This document shows positions 9,486 through 20,079 of a DNA stretch of 64,000 nucleotides, one piece after another. The DNA comes from Alphaproteobacteria bacterium (lineage in GTDB: Bacteria > Pseudomonadota > Alphaproteobacteria > Bin95). The notes beneath the pieces were generated by a model. It had not been told where the DNA came from. It saw only the letters and a list, made by a program, of their open reading frames with translations, and searched no databases. Within the stretch, counting starts at the first letter, position 1. Each line of letters starts with the position of its first letter. The stretch covers positions 1,024,001 to 1,088,000 of the forward strand of contig OZ224045.1 in NCBI GenBank assembly GCA_963665325.3. Direction: 5' to 3'. A program made the translations under genes and the position numbers.

Positions 9486-10532
9486 TTACTGTATTGCTGG
9501 CATTTTGTCGGTAAAGGATGGTTTTATACTTTGCCGGACAGCGGCGGCGTGAGTGCGAAACAGGGCCGCCGCCAGCAATAGCACCGCGCCCAACTGGTGA
9601 AGGGCGGCCAGGCTGAGCGGCACGACGGCAAGCAGCGTCGCGAGGCCGAGGCCTGCCTGGAGCGAGACAGCCGCCAGAAGCAGATGCTCCGCCACGGGCG
9701 CGCGCGGACCGCCCGCCCGCAGCCACGCCGCAACCACCGCGAACAGGGCAGCGACCGCCAGCCAGCGGTGATGGAACTGGACCGCCGCCGGGTTCTCCAG
9801 CGCGTCGGCGGCCCAGCTCGGACCGCTGCGGTAGTCTGCGGGCAGGAGCGCGCCGTCCATCAGCGGGAAGCTGTTGTAGATGAGGCCGCCATTGTTGCCG
9901 GCCACCAGCGCGCCGCTGACGATTGCGACGGCAATCAGGCCGAGCAGCAGCCATGACGAGAGAGAGCGCCGACCCTCCTGCGGGCGGATGCGGTCGAGCA
10001 GCGTCCAGACGAGAAGGGCGAAGATGACGAGCGCCATGCCGAGATGCACCGCGAGCCTTACCGCGCTCACGTCCGGCCGGTCGGACAGCCCGCTCCGTAC
10101 CATCCACCAGCCGATCAGCCCCTGCAGGCCGCCGAGGGCCAGCAGCAGCAGCAGACGGAGGCGCAGCCGCCGGTCGATCCGGCCCCGCAGCCAGAACCAG
10201 GCGAGCGGAACCGCGAAGAACACACCCAGCAGCCGCCCCCAGAGGCGGTGGACATATTCCCACCAGAAGATTTGCCGGAAGCCCTCGAGGTCGATGGAGA
10301 AGTTGACCTGGCGGAACTCGGGCGTCTCGCGGTAGAGGGCGAACACCCTTTGCCACTCCGCCTCGGAAAGCGGCGGCAGCCAGCCGATCAGCGGGCGCCA
10401 TTCCACCATCGACAGCCCGGACTCGGTGAGCCTCGTGATGCCGCCGATCGAAACCATCGCGGCCACGGCGCACGCCATGCAGAGGAGCCAGACGGTCACG
10501 GCGCGGCACGGGGTCGCTTGCCGGTCGAACAT
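9486..10532 (-). CDS. ctaA: Heme A synthase (COX15/CtaA)
   Basis: GGITRLTESGLSMVEW, FWWEYVHRLWGR, GWWMVRSGL, RLAVHL, VQFHHR, AALHQ. Confidence 0.93.
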   Translation of the reverse strand: MFDRQATPCRAVTVWLLCMACAVAAMVSIGGITRLTESGLSMVEWRPLIGWLPPLSEAEWQRVFALYRETPEFRQVNFSIDLEGFRQIFWWEYVHRLWGRLLGVFFAVPLAWFWLRGRIDRRLRLRLLLLLALGGLQGLIGWWMVRSGLSDRPDVSAVRLAVHLGMALVIFALLVWTLLDRIRPQEGRRSLSSWLLLGLIAVAIVSGALVAGNNGGLIYNSFPLMDGALLPADYRSGPSWAADALENPAAVQFHHRWLAVAALFAVVAAWLRAGGPRAPVAEHLLLAAVSLQAGLGLATLLAVVPLSLAALHQLGAVLLLAAALFRTHAAAVRQSIKPSFTDKMPAIQ

Positions 10533-10609
10533 GGAACGCCTAGTTAGAGAGCCTCGCCGCGCCCGGCAATACCGGGCGGACCCTGTCGCGCCAGGTGATC
10601 TTTCATCCC

Positions 10610-13600
10610 ATGACCGAACTCGCGCTAGCCGACGGTTTCCTCTTCGAGGACCTCTATTGCCGGGACGGGCTGCTGCGGCTGGACGCGTTGTTTCTGGCGA
10701 GCCTCGACGGGCCGCTCCGGGCGGACCTCGAAGCCGCGCGCATGTCGCTGGATGCGCTGGAGCCGAAGGCGGAATCGGAGCTGGTGCTGGCGCTGGCGCC
10801 CGGGCTGGAGGGCTTTCTCGCCCGCCTGTTCGGGATCGAGGCGGAAGCGGCGGCGTTGTCCGGGAGCCATACGGCGCTGGCGCCCGTCTATCGCTGCAAG
10901 CGGCTGTTCGTGCAGCGCCGCGCCGCCCGGGCGGTCAAGCCCGCTGAAGCCGCGGACCTCGACGGTGGGGCGGTCGAGGCGGCGCTGGCGGCCCATATGC
11001 CGGTGCCGGTGGAGGAAGAGGCGTTTTCCGCGGCCGTGCTCGGCTGGCTCGCCGACGAGGCGAACTCGGGCGAGGCGCTGGCGGCGGCGGCGCACTATGC
11101 GGCCTGGGCGCTCCACCATCCGGAGGGGCGGGCGCGGCACGCGGGCGGCGTGCTGTTCAAGCAGCCCGCCCGCGTCGATCCGCTGCGGCTCATCGATACC
11201 GAGGTCAGGGCGGAAAACGGTGCAGACGGGCTGGAACTGCCGCGGACGCGGCTGCGCCGGCGCGAGGGCTTTGCGCTGACCGATGACGGCATGGACCTGA
11301 AGGCGGCGCTCGACCAGGCGCATTACTGCATCTTCTGCCACAACCAGGGCAAGGACAGTTGCGCGCGCGGGCTGCGCGACCGCCGCACAGGCGCCTTCGG
11401 CAAGACGATGTTCGGTGTGGAGCTCGCCGGTTGCCCGCTGGAGGAGAAGGTCTCCGAGATGCAGCTCCTCAAGACCGACGGCTGGGCTCTGGGCGCCCTC
11501 GCGACGGTGTGCATCGACAACCCGCTTTGCGCCGCCACCGGACACCGCATCTGCAATGACTGCATGAAGTCCTGCATCTACCAGAAGCAGGAGCCGGTCG
11601 ATATTCCGCAGGTCGAGACGCGCGTGCTGAAGGATGTGCTGGACCTGCCCTGGGGCTTCGAGATTTACAGCCTGCTGACGCGCTGGAATCCGTTGAATTT
11701 CGCGCGCCCGCTCCCCTTGCCGGAGACCGGCCGGCAGGTGCTCGTCGTCGGCCTCGGTCCCGCGGGCTTCAGCCTCGCTCACCACCTGATGAATGACGGG
11801 CACCGGGTCGTGGCGGTGGACGGGTTGAAGATCGAGCCGGTTCCGGCTGCGCAGTCGGGCGTGGACGAGACGGGCGGGCGGCAGGATTTTCGGCCCGTGC
11901 GCGACATGGCCGAGATTCGCGAAGACCTGTCCGAACGGGTGATGGCCGGCTTCGGCGGCGTGGCCGAATACGGCATCACGGTGCGCTGGGACAAGAACTT
12001 CCTCAAGCTGGTCCGCCTGCTGCTGGAGCGGCGCTCTGCCTTCACCATGGTCGGCGGCGTGCGCTTCGGCGGCACGCTCGGCCTCGACGAGGCGTTCGAG
12101 TGGGGCTTCGACCATGTAGCGATGGCGGCAGGCGCGGGCCGGCCGACCCATGTGCCGATGCCGAATGCGCTCGCGCCGGGTGTGCGCATGGCGTCCGACT
12201 TCCTGATGGCGCTGCAGCTCACGGGCGCCGCGCGGACCGACAGCATCGCCAACCTCCAGATACGCCTGCCGGCCGTGGTGGTGGGCGGCGGGCTGACCGC
12301 CATCGACACCGCGACCGAGTCCCTCGCCTATTACCCGGTGCAGGTCGAGAAGTTCCTGGCGCGCTACGAGGCGCTCGGGGGCCGGGTCGCCTGGACCGAG
12401 GACGAGGCGGACGTTGCGGAGGTGTTCCTCGCCCATGCCCGCGCGCTCAGGGCGGAACGGGCGCGGGCGGCGGCAGCCGGCGAGGCGCCGCGCATCCTGG
12501 AATTGCTGCGGTCCTGGGGCGGCGTGACCATTGCCTACCGGCGCCGGCTGATCGACGCGCCCTGCTACACGCTGAACCATGAGGAGGTGGCAAAGGCGCT
12601 GGAAGAGGGCATCCGCTTTGCGGAATGCCTGTCGCCGCTGGCCGTGGAGGTGGACGACCGGGGCCGGGCGGCGGCGCTGCGCCTGGAACGGGTGGAAATC
12701 GACGACCGGGGCCGGCGGCGCGCGCTGGGCGACGGTGAGACGGTCTCCCTGCCGGCGCGCAGCGTGCTTGTCGCGGCCGGCACCCAGCCCAACACGGTGC
12801 TGGGGCGCGAGAGCGCCGGCATCGCGCTCGACGGGCGGTATTTTCAGGCCGTGGACGGCGATGGCGAGCCGGTCGTCCCGGAGCCGACGGCGAAACCGGA
12901 GGCGCCGGCCGTGCTGATGCAGCGTCGTGAGGATGGACGTGCCGTCAGTTTCTTCGGCGACCTGCACCCGTCCTTCGCCGGCAATGTCGTCAAGGCGATG
13001 GGCGGCGTGAAGCAGGCCTATCCACTGGTGAGCCTGCTGCTGGCCGAGAGCCCGCCGGCGACGGAGGATGACCTCGCGGACCGGGCCAACCGCGAGCTGC
13101 GCGCGCGCGTCCATGAGGTCGTGCGACTCACGCCCAAGATCGTCGAGGTCGTTGTCGAGGCACCGGCTGCGGCGCGGGCCTTCCGGCCGGGACAATTCTA
13201 CCGGCTCCAAAACTTCGAGAGCCGGTCCTTGCGCCGGTACGGGACCGTGCTCGCCATGGAGGGGCTGGCAATGACCGGCGCTTGGGTGGACCGGAAGCGC
13301 GGCCTGCTCTCCACGATCATCCTGGAGATGGGCGGATCCTCCGACCTCGCGGCGGCCCTGCAGCCCGGCGAGCCGGTCGTGCTGATGGGGCCGACCGGTT
13401 CTCCGACCGAAATCCCGAAAGGCGAGACGGTGCTGCTCGCGGGCGGCGGCCTCGGCAATGCGGTGCTGTTCTCCATTGGCCGGGCCCTGCGCGAGGCGGG
13501 CAACCGCGTGCTCTATTTCGCCGGCTACAAGGAGGTCGGCGACCGCTACAAGACCGCGGAGATAGAAGCGGCCGCCGATGTCGTGGTCTGGTGCTGCGAC

Positions 13601-14053
13601 GAGGCGCCGGGTTTCGTCCCCGCCCGCCCGCAGGACTTCGCCTGGACCGGCAATATCGTGGAGGCGATGGCGACCTATGGCGAGGGCCGGATGGGCGCAC
13701 CGCCGATCCCGCTCGGCGAGGTGGACCGCATCCTCGCCATCGGCTCCGACGGCATGATGGCGGCGGTCGATGCCGCACGGCGCGGCGTCCTCGGGACCCT
13801 GCTGAAGCCGGGGCACAGGGCCATCGGATCGATCAACTCGCCGATGCAATGCATGATGAAGGAGATCTGCGCGCAATGCCTCCAGCTCCACCGCGACCCG
13901 GAGACCGGCGAGGAGCGCGTCGTCTATTCCTGCTTCAACCAGGACCAGCCGCTCGATCTCGTGGACTTCCCGACCCTGCGCGGGCGGCTTTCGCAGAACG
14001 GCGCCCAGGAGAAACTGACCGCCGCCTGGATTGCGCACTGCCTCCAGGCCTGA
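10610..14053 (+). CDS. Large Fe-S flavoprotein: GltD/NfnB-like module fused to an FNR/NfnA-like module
   Basis: YCIFCH...C...GCPL...HRICNDCMKSC Fe-S region, GLGPAG and GGGLTAID Rossmann motifs; C-terminal PGQFYRLQ, GPTG, GGGLG, SPMQCMMKEICAQC...SC [2Fe-2S] tail. Confidence 0.85.
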   Translation: MTELALADGFLFEDLYCRDGLLRLDALFLASLDGPLRADLEAARMSLDALEPKAESELVLALAPGLEGFLARLFGIEAEAAALSGSHTALAPVYRCKRLFVQRRAARAVKPAEAADLDGGAVEAALAAHMPVPVEEEAFSAAVLGWLADEANSGEALAAAAHYAAWALHHPEGRARHAGGVLFKQPARVDPLRLIDTEVRAENGADGLELPRTRLRRREGFALTDDGMDLKAALDQAHYCIFCHNQGKDSCARGLRDRRTGAFGKTMFGVELAGCPLEEKVSEMQLLKTDGWALGALATVCIDNPLCAATGHRICNDCMKSCIYQKQEPVDIPQVETRVLKDVLDLPWGFEIYSLLTRWNPLNFARPLPLPETGRQVLVVGLGPAGFSLAHHLMNDGHRVVAVDGLKIEPVPAAQSGVDETGGRQDFRPVRDMAEIREDLSERVMAGFGGVAEYGITVRWDKNFLKLVRLLLERRSAFTMVGGVRFGGTLGLDEAFEWGFDHVAMAAGAGRPTHVPMPNALAPGVRMASDFLMALQLTGAARTDSIANLQIRLPAVVVGGGLTAIDTATESLAYYPVQVEKFLARYEALGGRVAWTEDEADVAEVFLAHARALRAERARAAAAGEAPRILELLRSWGGVTIAYRRRLIDAPCYTLNHEEVAKALEEGIRFAECLSPLAVEVDDRGRAAALRLERVEIDDRGRRRALGDGETVSLPARSVLVAAGTQPNTVLGRESAGIALDGRYFQAVDGDGEPVVPEPTAKPEAPAVLMQRREDGRAVSFFGDLHPSFAGNVVKAMGGVKQAYPLVSLLLAESPPATEDDLADRANRELRARVHEVVRLTPKIVEVVVEAPAAARAFRPGQFYRLQNFESRSLRRYGTVLAMEGLAMTGAWVDRKRGLLSTIILEMGGSSDLAAALQPGEPVVLMGPTGSPTEIPKGETVLLAGGGLGNAVLFSIGRALREAGNRVLYFAGYKEVGDRYKTAEIEAAADVVVWCCDEAPGFVPARPQDFAWTGNIVEAMATYGEGRMGAPPIPLGEVDRILAIGSDGMMAAVDAARRGVLGTLLKPGHRAIGSINSPMQCMMKEICAQCLQLHRDPETGEERVVYSCFNQDQPLDLVDFPTLRGRLSQNGAQEKLTAAWIAHCLQA

Positions 14054-14191
14054 GCGCGGGTCGCGCCCGCCGATGCGACATCCGGTCCTGAGAATGCGGC
14101 GCCGCTCGGCGCTCCGACCATATACTTGCCTGTAATAACAAGACAAATTGGCCGGATGCGGGCCCGCAGCGCCACATTCCGGCCAGCGCTG

Positions 14192-14218
14192 TTAGCATTC
14201 ATTGTCTACGAGTGCTAA
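14192..14218. promoter_or_regulatory. CIRCE element (HrcA operator)
   Basis: TTAGCATTC-N9-GAGTGCTAA, one mismatch to consensus, upstream of groES. Confidence 0.9.
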
Positions 14219-14225
14219 GTTTTTC

Positions 14226-14254
14226 CTTGAACTTTGGCGGGGCGGTCCTTATCT
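14226..14254 (+). promoter_or_regulatory. RpoH (sigma32)-type promoter of groESL
   Basis: CTTGAA-N15-CCTTATCT. Confidence 0.65.
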
Positions 14255-14310
14255 GCCCGGCAACCCCGTTGAGGGGGCCGTTTCAAATGAATCCAGCAGG
14301 GAGGCAAGGC

Positions 14311-16306
<1,996 letters not shown>

Positions 16307-16336
16307 TCCGCGCCGTCATCGACGGCTCAGTGGATC

Positions 16337-16367
16337 GGGGCGCCCCACGGGGCGCCCCTTTTTCTTT
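16337..16367 (+). terminator. Rho-independent terminator of groESL
   Basis: GGGGCGCCCC-AC-GGGGCGCCCC followed by TTTTTCTTT. Confidence 0.85.
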
Positions 16368-16376
16368 GTGCGTTAA

Positions 16377-16960
16377 GAGCCTGACTCGAAACTCCTTCAA
16401 GTTTGGCAAGCCCTTGCGAGCCTCCGTGTTGTGAGGCGGATGTGGGCGACATTGATCCACGCCTCGCTGGAGGCGATGGATTTCCCCCAGTCGTTTGCTA
16501 GGCGTCGGTAACGCCCGAGCCATGCGAAGGTGCGTTCGACGACCCACCGTCGGGGGAGGACTTCGAAGCCTTTGGCGGTATCGGAGCGCTTGACGAATTC
16601 GAGCGTCCACTTTCCGATCCTGTCCAGTGCGCCGCGCAGTTTCGGCCCGGCATAAGCGCCATCGGCGGACAGGTGGCGCAGCCATGGGCAGGCATGGCGT
16701 ATGGATTTCAGCACCGCCGTTGCGCCGCCGCGGTCCTGAATATCGGCTGCATGCACGACCAGTCCGAAGAGCATGCGGTGGTGTCGACGATGGCGTGGCG
16801 CTTGCGGCCCCCGGATCGGGGTCCGGGGCAGGCTCTTGATTTTCTTTCCGGCGTCATAGCCGCTAACCCCGCCTGCCTCGGTGGTTTTTGCCGTCTGGCT
16901 GTCGATGACGCCGGCCGAGGGGGCCCTCCCGTTCACGCGTTTGCATAGTCATATGTCGAA
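16377..16960 (-). mobile_element. Decayed IS5-family (IS1031-like) element; 5'-truncated transposase pseudogene
   Basis: SAGVIDSQ, GYDAGKKIK, HAADIQDRGG, ADGAYAG, VKRSD...GFEVLPRRWVVERTFAWLGRYRRL. End sequence GAGCCTGACTC follows TAA (16374-16376). N-terminus is missing and the GRKRH motif is disrupted. Confidence 0.85.
16810..16834 (-). repeat. 25-bp miniature element inserted in the IS5 transposase
   Basis: AGCCTGCCCCGGACCCCGATCCGGG sits between the KKIK and GRKRH codons; a related copy is at 20012-20035. Confidence 0.65.
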
Positions 16961-16977
16961 ATTCGGAGCGCACTGTT

Positions 16978-18750
16978 TCATTGCAGGGGCTGCGGCCAGT
17001 CCTTGTGGTTCTTGGGATGGAACAAGAAGGCGTCCGACGGGTACTCGAACTGGTAGAGTCCCTTTCTTGACGCCGCCTGCGCCCAGCGCCGCATGTGCCT
17101 TTCGACATCTCTCTCGCAGTAGAATTCCGTGCGTTCGTCGAGAGGGTCCGACGCTTTTCTCGGCCATTTGGGATGGGCCATATAAAGCACGGCGGGATGC
17201 CTAACGACGCAGGACCTTCCTTGCTGTCGGCACTGTTCGATGGCTTCCGGATTAATGCCGCGGTGGATTGTGCCGTTAGTGCCGGGTGCCGGCGTTGGCG
17301 CTCGGTCGACCGTCGGCTTCCACACGGCCTCAAGCGCGTGATCGATCTCCTTCTGCTCCTCCACGGTCCAGCTCAATGAGTCTGACTTTACTGAAAGAAT
17401 TTGGGACTCGTCCCTGGGTGGATCGTGACGGATGGATTTGTGCTCAAGGCTAGAGTCCCAATCCTGCGGTCTTCCTTCAACGATCATCGTCTTGAGACTG
17501 GCCCGGACGACATCGAATACATCCGAAATCAAGCTGCTGCGGCTGTCAGCTTCTTCGCGTGTATTCGGAGAGGCGGGATTGCCGTGAACGATATCGGAAC
17601 GGAGGTTGTAGAAGCGCTTGAGCTTATCTCGGATGCGTTGCCGCTCTGGCACGGAGTCGGCGAAGTGCCATGAGCCGCGCCGGGCGATGGTCTTCCGTTG
17701 GTCCTTCCACTCGCCTGCCTCCATGAAAAGGGCTTCGAGCGCAATGCACAGATCGACTACGCGGTCTTCCTCCTCCAGTTTCTCGCTGGCGTTTCGAAGT
17801 CTGCGCAGCGCGATGTCCAGGCGGCGGCGCGACTGGCGCGTCAGCCCGCAAAATTTGTCCATCAGTTCCACGAGTTCTTGGGCGGGAAGCGGGCGCTGCT
17901 TCGATAGGCGTGGAAACCCCTCGGGCAGAAGTTCGACCGGATATCTGGTTCCTCCTCCTCCAGAGGCCATCCAGAAGGGTAAAACGGCCTCGGCAGCAAC
18001 AGGCATCGCGCGCCAGGTCTGGATCAGTCTTAGCCCGGGTCCCCAGACCAGGCCGATGACAAGAGCCAGCGTTTCCGCCCCATGCTGGATCAGGGGAGTA
18101 CCGAGCCATTCGTCTTCGAATGTAGGATGGGGGTCGGCGTGAACGAAGCCGGTGCACGCAAGTGCACAGATACCGCTGGCGTTCTCAGGAGGCGACGGGA
18201 AGCTGTCGGTAGGGCCGAAGGCCAAGTTCGCTTGGCGCAACGCCTGTCGGTATGGCAGTAAAGTGCAGTAATCGTCGAGATGTTTCGGCTGGGCGACGGA
18301 TGGCCCTTTGAGCAGATGGATTTCCTGCGCTTCCACCATGCCATGGCGGGCGAAATCGACGGCGTATCTTGCGGCGCTTTCCGCACCGTATAAGGCCGCC
18401 GCGACCACCAGTTTGCGGCTGGCAATCGTGTCGTCCAGCCGAGGCCCGCACTGCAGAGCCGGGTGTTGTCCGGTGACAACGGTTCCCGGGGGTCGTTGCG
18501 TTGATCGGCCGGCGTTCCAATGGGCTTCGATCCATCGCTGTATGGCCTGAAGTGCAGGCGAGTGGGCTGGCCACCCGCTGTCGACGACGAGCTTGTGCAG
18601 ACGATTCCCGCGTTGGAAAGAGTCCGGCAGCGAAGTCATCGACAAGAGCTCTGTGTTGCCGCCGAACTTAAATGGCACGGTGATCTCGTGTGTAGCGCGC
18701 AAAAGCAGGTCGTGGATCTCTTGAGAGTCGGAAATGCTGCTTATCGGCAT
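16978..18750 (-). CDS. HEPN-domain protein (ApeA-like HEPN RNase fold) with uncharacterised N- and C-terminal regions
   Basis: LDIALRRL...DRVVDLCIALEALF...KLKRFYNLRSDIVHG (E...Rx4H); visibly lower GC than the flanking genes. Confidence 0.72.
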   Translation of the reverse strand: MPISSISDSQEIHDLLLRATHEITVPFKFGGNTELLSMTSLPDSFQRGNRLHKLVVDSGWPAHSPALQAIQRWIEAHWNAGRSTQRPPGTVVTGQHPALQCGPRLDDTIASRKLVVAAALYGAESAARYAVDFARHGMVEAQEIHLLKGPSVAQPKHLDDYCTLLPYRQALRQANLAFGPTDSFPSPPENASGICALACTGFVHADPHPTFEDEWLGTPLIQHGAETLALVIGLVWGPGLRLIQTWRAMPVAAEAVLPFWMASGGGGTRYPVELLPEGFPRLSKQRPLPAQELVELMDKFCGLTRQSRRRLDIALRRLRNASEKLEEEDRVVDLCIALEALFMEAGEWKDQRKTIARRGSWHFADSVPERQRIRDKLKRFYNLRSDIVHGNPASPNTREEADSRSSLISDVFDVVRASLKTMIVEGRPQDWDSSLEHKSIRHDPPRDESQILSVKSDSLSWTVEEQKEIDHALEAVWKPTVDRAPTPAPGTNGTIHRGINPEAIEQCRQQGRSCVVRHPAVLYMAHPKWPRKASDPLDERTEFYCERDVERHMRRWAQAASRKGLYQFEYPSDAFLFHPKNHKDWPQPLQ

Positions 18751-19133
18751 GGCGTCGGATTTCGATCTCGTCTGTTTCGGACGGGCGGGGTGGAGCCAAT
18801 GGTGGAAACTGGTCTACTGGCGAATTGTCTCGTACGGAACATAGTCGGTCACGAAGATTGGGGATATAGTCCGCGCGAGAGCATTGGGTCCTACGTGTTG
18901 CATCCCGGGCAGTGGAAGCCTGCGGTGACGGAGGGGATCTGCCACGGAAAGGGCCGGACCTCACGCAATATCGCCTGCCGGCAGCCCTTCGATCCCCATT
19001 TTACCTCACCCACCGGCGGCGCTTACGGCTGCTTCAGCCTGAAACTCGAAATGAACCACTAGCGCATCGAGCGGCCTGGGAACGACAAAGGGGTTCGCGC
19101 TCCGGCCGGGACTTCCGATCCCTGCGCTGCCGG

Positions 19134-19210
19134 TGGTCGGGGCGGCGAGATTCGAACTCGCGACCTTCTGCTCCCAAAGCAGACGCGCTGCCAGGCTGCG
19201 CTACGCCCCG
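19134..19210 (-). tRNA. tRNA-Pro(TGG)
   Basis: CGGGGCGTAGCGCAGCCTGG...TCTGC-TTTGGGA-GCAGA...GTTCGAATC...CGCCCCGACCA, 77 nt with encoded CCA. Confidence 0.97.
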
Positions 19211-19671
19211 CCGGCCGGTTGTCTTCTACTCGCCCGGCCCGCCGCCCGCAATCGGCGCGGCTGCCGGGCGGCCCCGGTCCGGCGGCGGGCGGGGCGGCGG
19301 GCGCGCTCCAGGCCGTGGCGCTTCAGGAAGCGGTGCAAGGTGGAGGTTCCGAATAGGAGGCCATCGGCGGCCAGCCGGTCGCGGAGCGCGCGAATGCTGA
19401 GCCCCGGCCTTCGCTTCAGCAGGTGGACGATCCGCTCCCGCTCCGCCTCAATCCGCCACGACCGGAGATCACCGCCCTTCGGGTCGGGCCGCAGATGGCC
19501 GCGCTCCCGGTAGCGTTTCACCCAGCGGCTGACGCTGCGCCAGTTGACATCGAAATGGCGGCTCGCCGCCGCCAGGCTCATTCCCTCTTCCAGCACCGCC
19601 GCGGCCGCCCGGCGGCGCAGGTCCTCGCCATAGGCCCTGCCCCGCGACTGTCTCTTCATCGATTCCGTCAT
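19201..19671 (-). CDS. IS630-transposase-derived HTH/wHTH protein without a DDE domain
   Basis: AYGEDLRRR...SLAAASRHFDVNWRSVSRWVKRYRERG...PKGG...LRDRLAADGLLFGTSTLHRFLKRHG; GGAG RBS; no downstream DDE ORF (the tRNA follows). Confidence 0.75.
   Translation of the reverse strand: MTESMKRQSRGRAYGEDLRRRAAAAVLEEGMSLAAASRHFDVNWRSVSRWVKRYRERGHLRPDPKGGDLRSWRIEAERERIVHLLKRRPGLSIRALRDRLAADGLLFGTSTLHRFLKRHGLERARRPARRRTGAARQPRRLRAAGRASRRQPAGGA
19223..19251 (-). promoter_or_regulatory. Putative sigma70 promoter of tRNA-Pro
   Basis: TTGCGG-N17-TAGAAG, 12 bp upstream of the tRNA. Confidence 0.5.
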
Positions 19672-19924
19672 CGTTGCTCCCCCGGCAGCGCCGCGCCGCC
19701 CTGCCTACGGTCTTGCCGCCGCGCCGGCGATGTTGGCCGCCCCGAATTACGACAGGCCGGTCGACACGCCCGCGGCCGGCGCGCACACCTTCCCCGCCCG
19801 GCCCCCGTGGCCGGTTTCGCCCTTCCAAATCCCGAATAGCGCCACAATGCGGCCCGTGCCGCACGCGCTCAGCACCGTCAGGTCATTCGCTTCTTTGTTC
19901 CTAATTCATACTCTTGTGAAGGGG

Positions 19925-19952
19925 AATATAGGCCATATGGACACAAGATCAA
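19925..19952 (-). promoter_or_regulatory. Putative sigma70 promoter in an AT-rich tract, facing the IS630-HTH gene
   Basis: TTGATC-N16-TATATT, followed by ATGAATTAGGAACAAAGAAG. Confidence 0.4.
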
Positions 19953-20011
19953 ACTTTTTTCAGGAAAAAAAGCATGTATGCGGCCTTCCGCCTTAACCCG
20001 GACGCCCGCAA

Positions 20012-20035
20012 AGCCTGCCCGAACCCGATCCGGGG
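20012..20035 (+). repeat. Second copy of the miniature AGCCTGCCC...GATCCGGGG element
   Basis: AGCCTGCCCGAACCCGATCCGGGG, intergenic. Confidence 0.55.
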
Positions 20036-20079
20036 CCGGCCGTGGTACACTGCCGGAAACAGTGAACGGGAGGCAGGCC

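Noticed and set aside
10625-14146. 1173-aa minus-strand ORF
   Set aside because: Antisense shadow of the flavoprotein gene; no motifs, typical of high-GC codon bias
18760-19130. Short ORFs between the HEPN gene and the tRNA
   Set aside because: No recognisable family, RBS or consistent codon bias
16370-19133. Intact integrative element at tRNA-Pro
   Set aside because: No integrase and no duplicated tRNA 3' end (att site) found by eye; treated as a decayed islet
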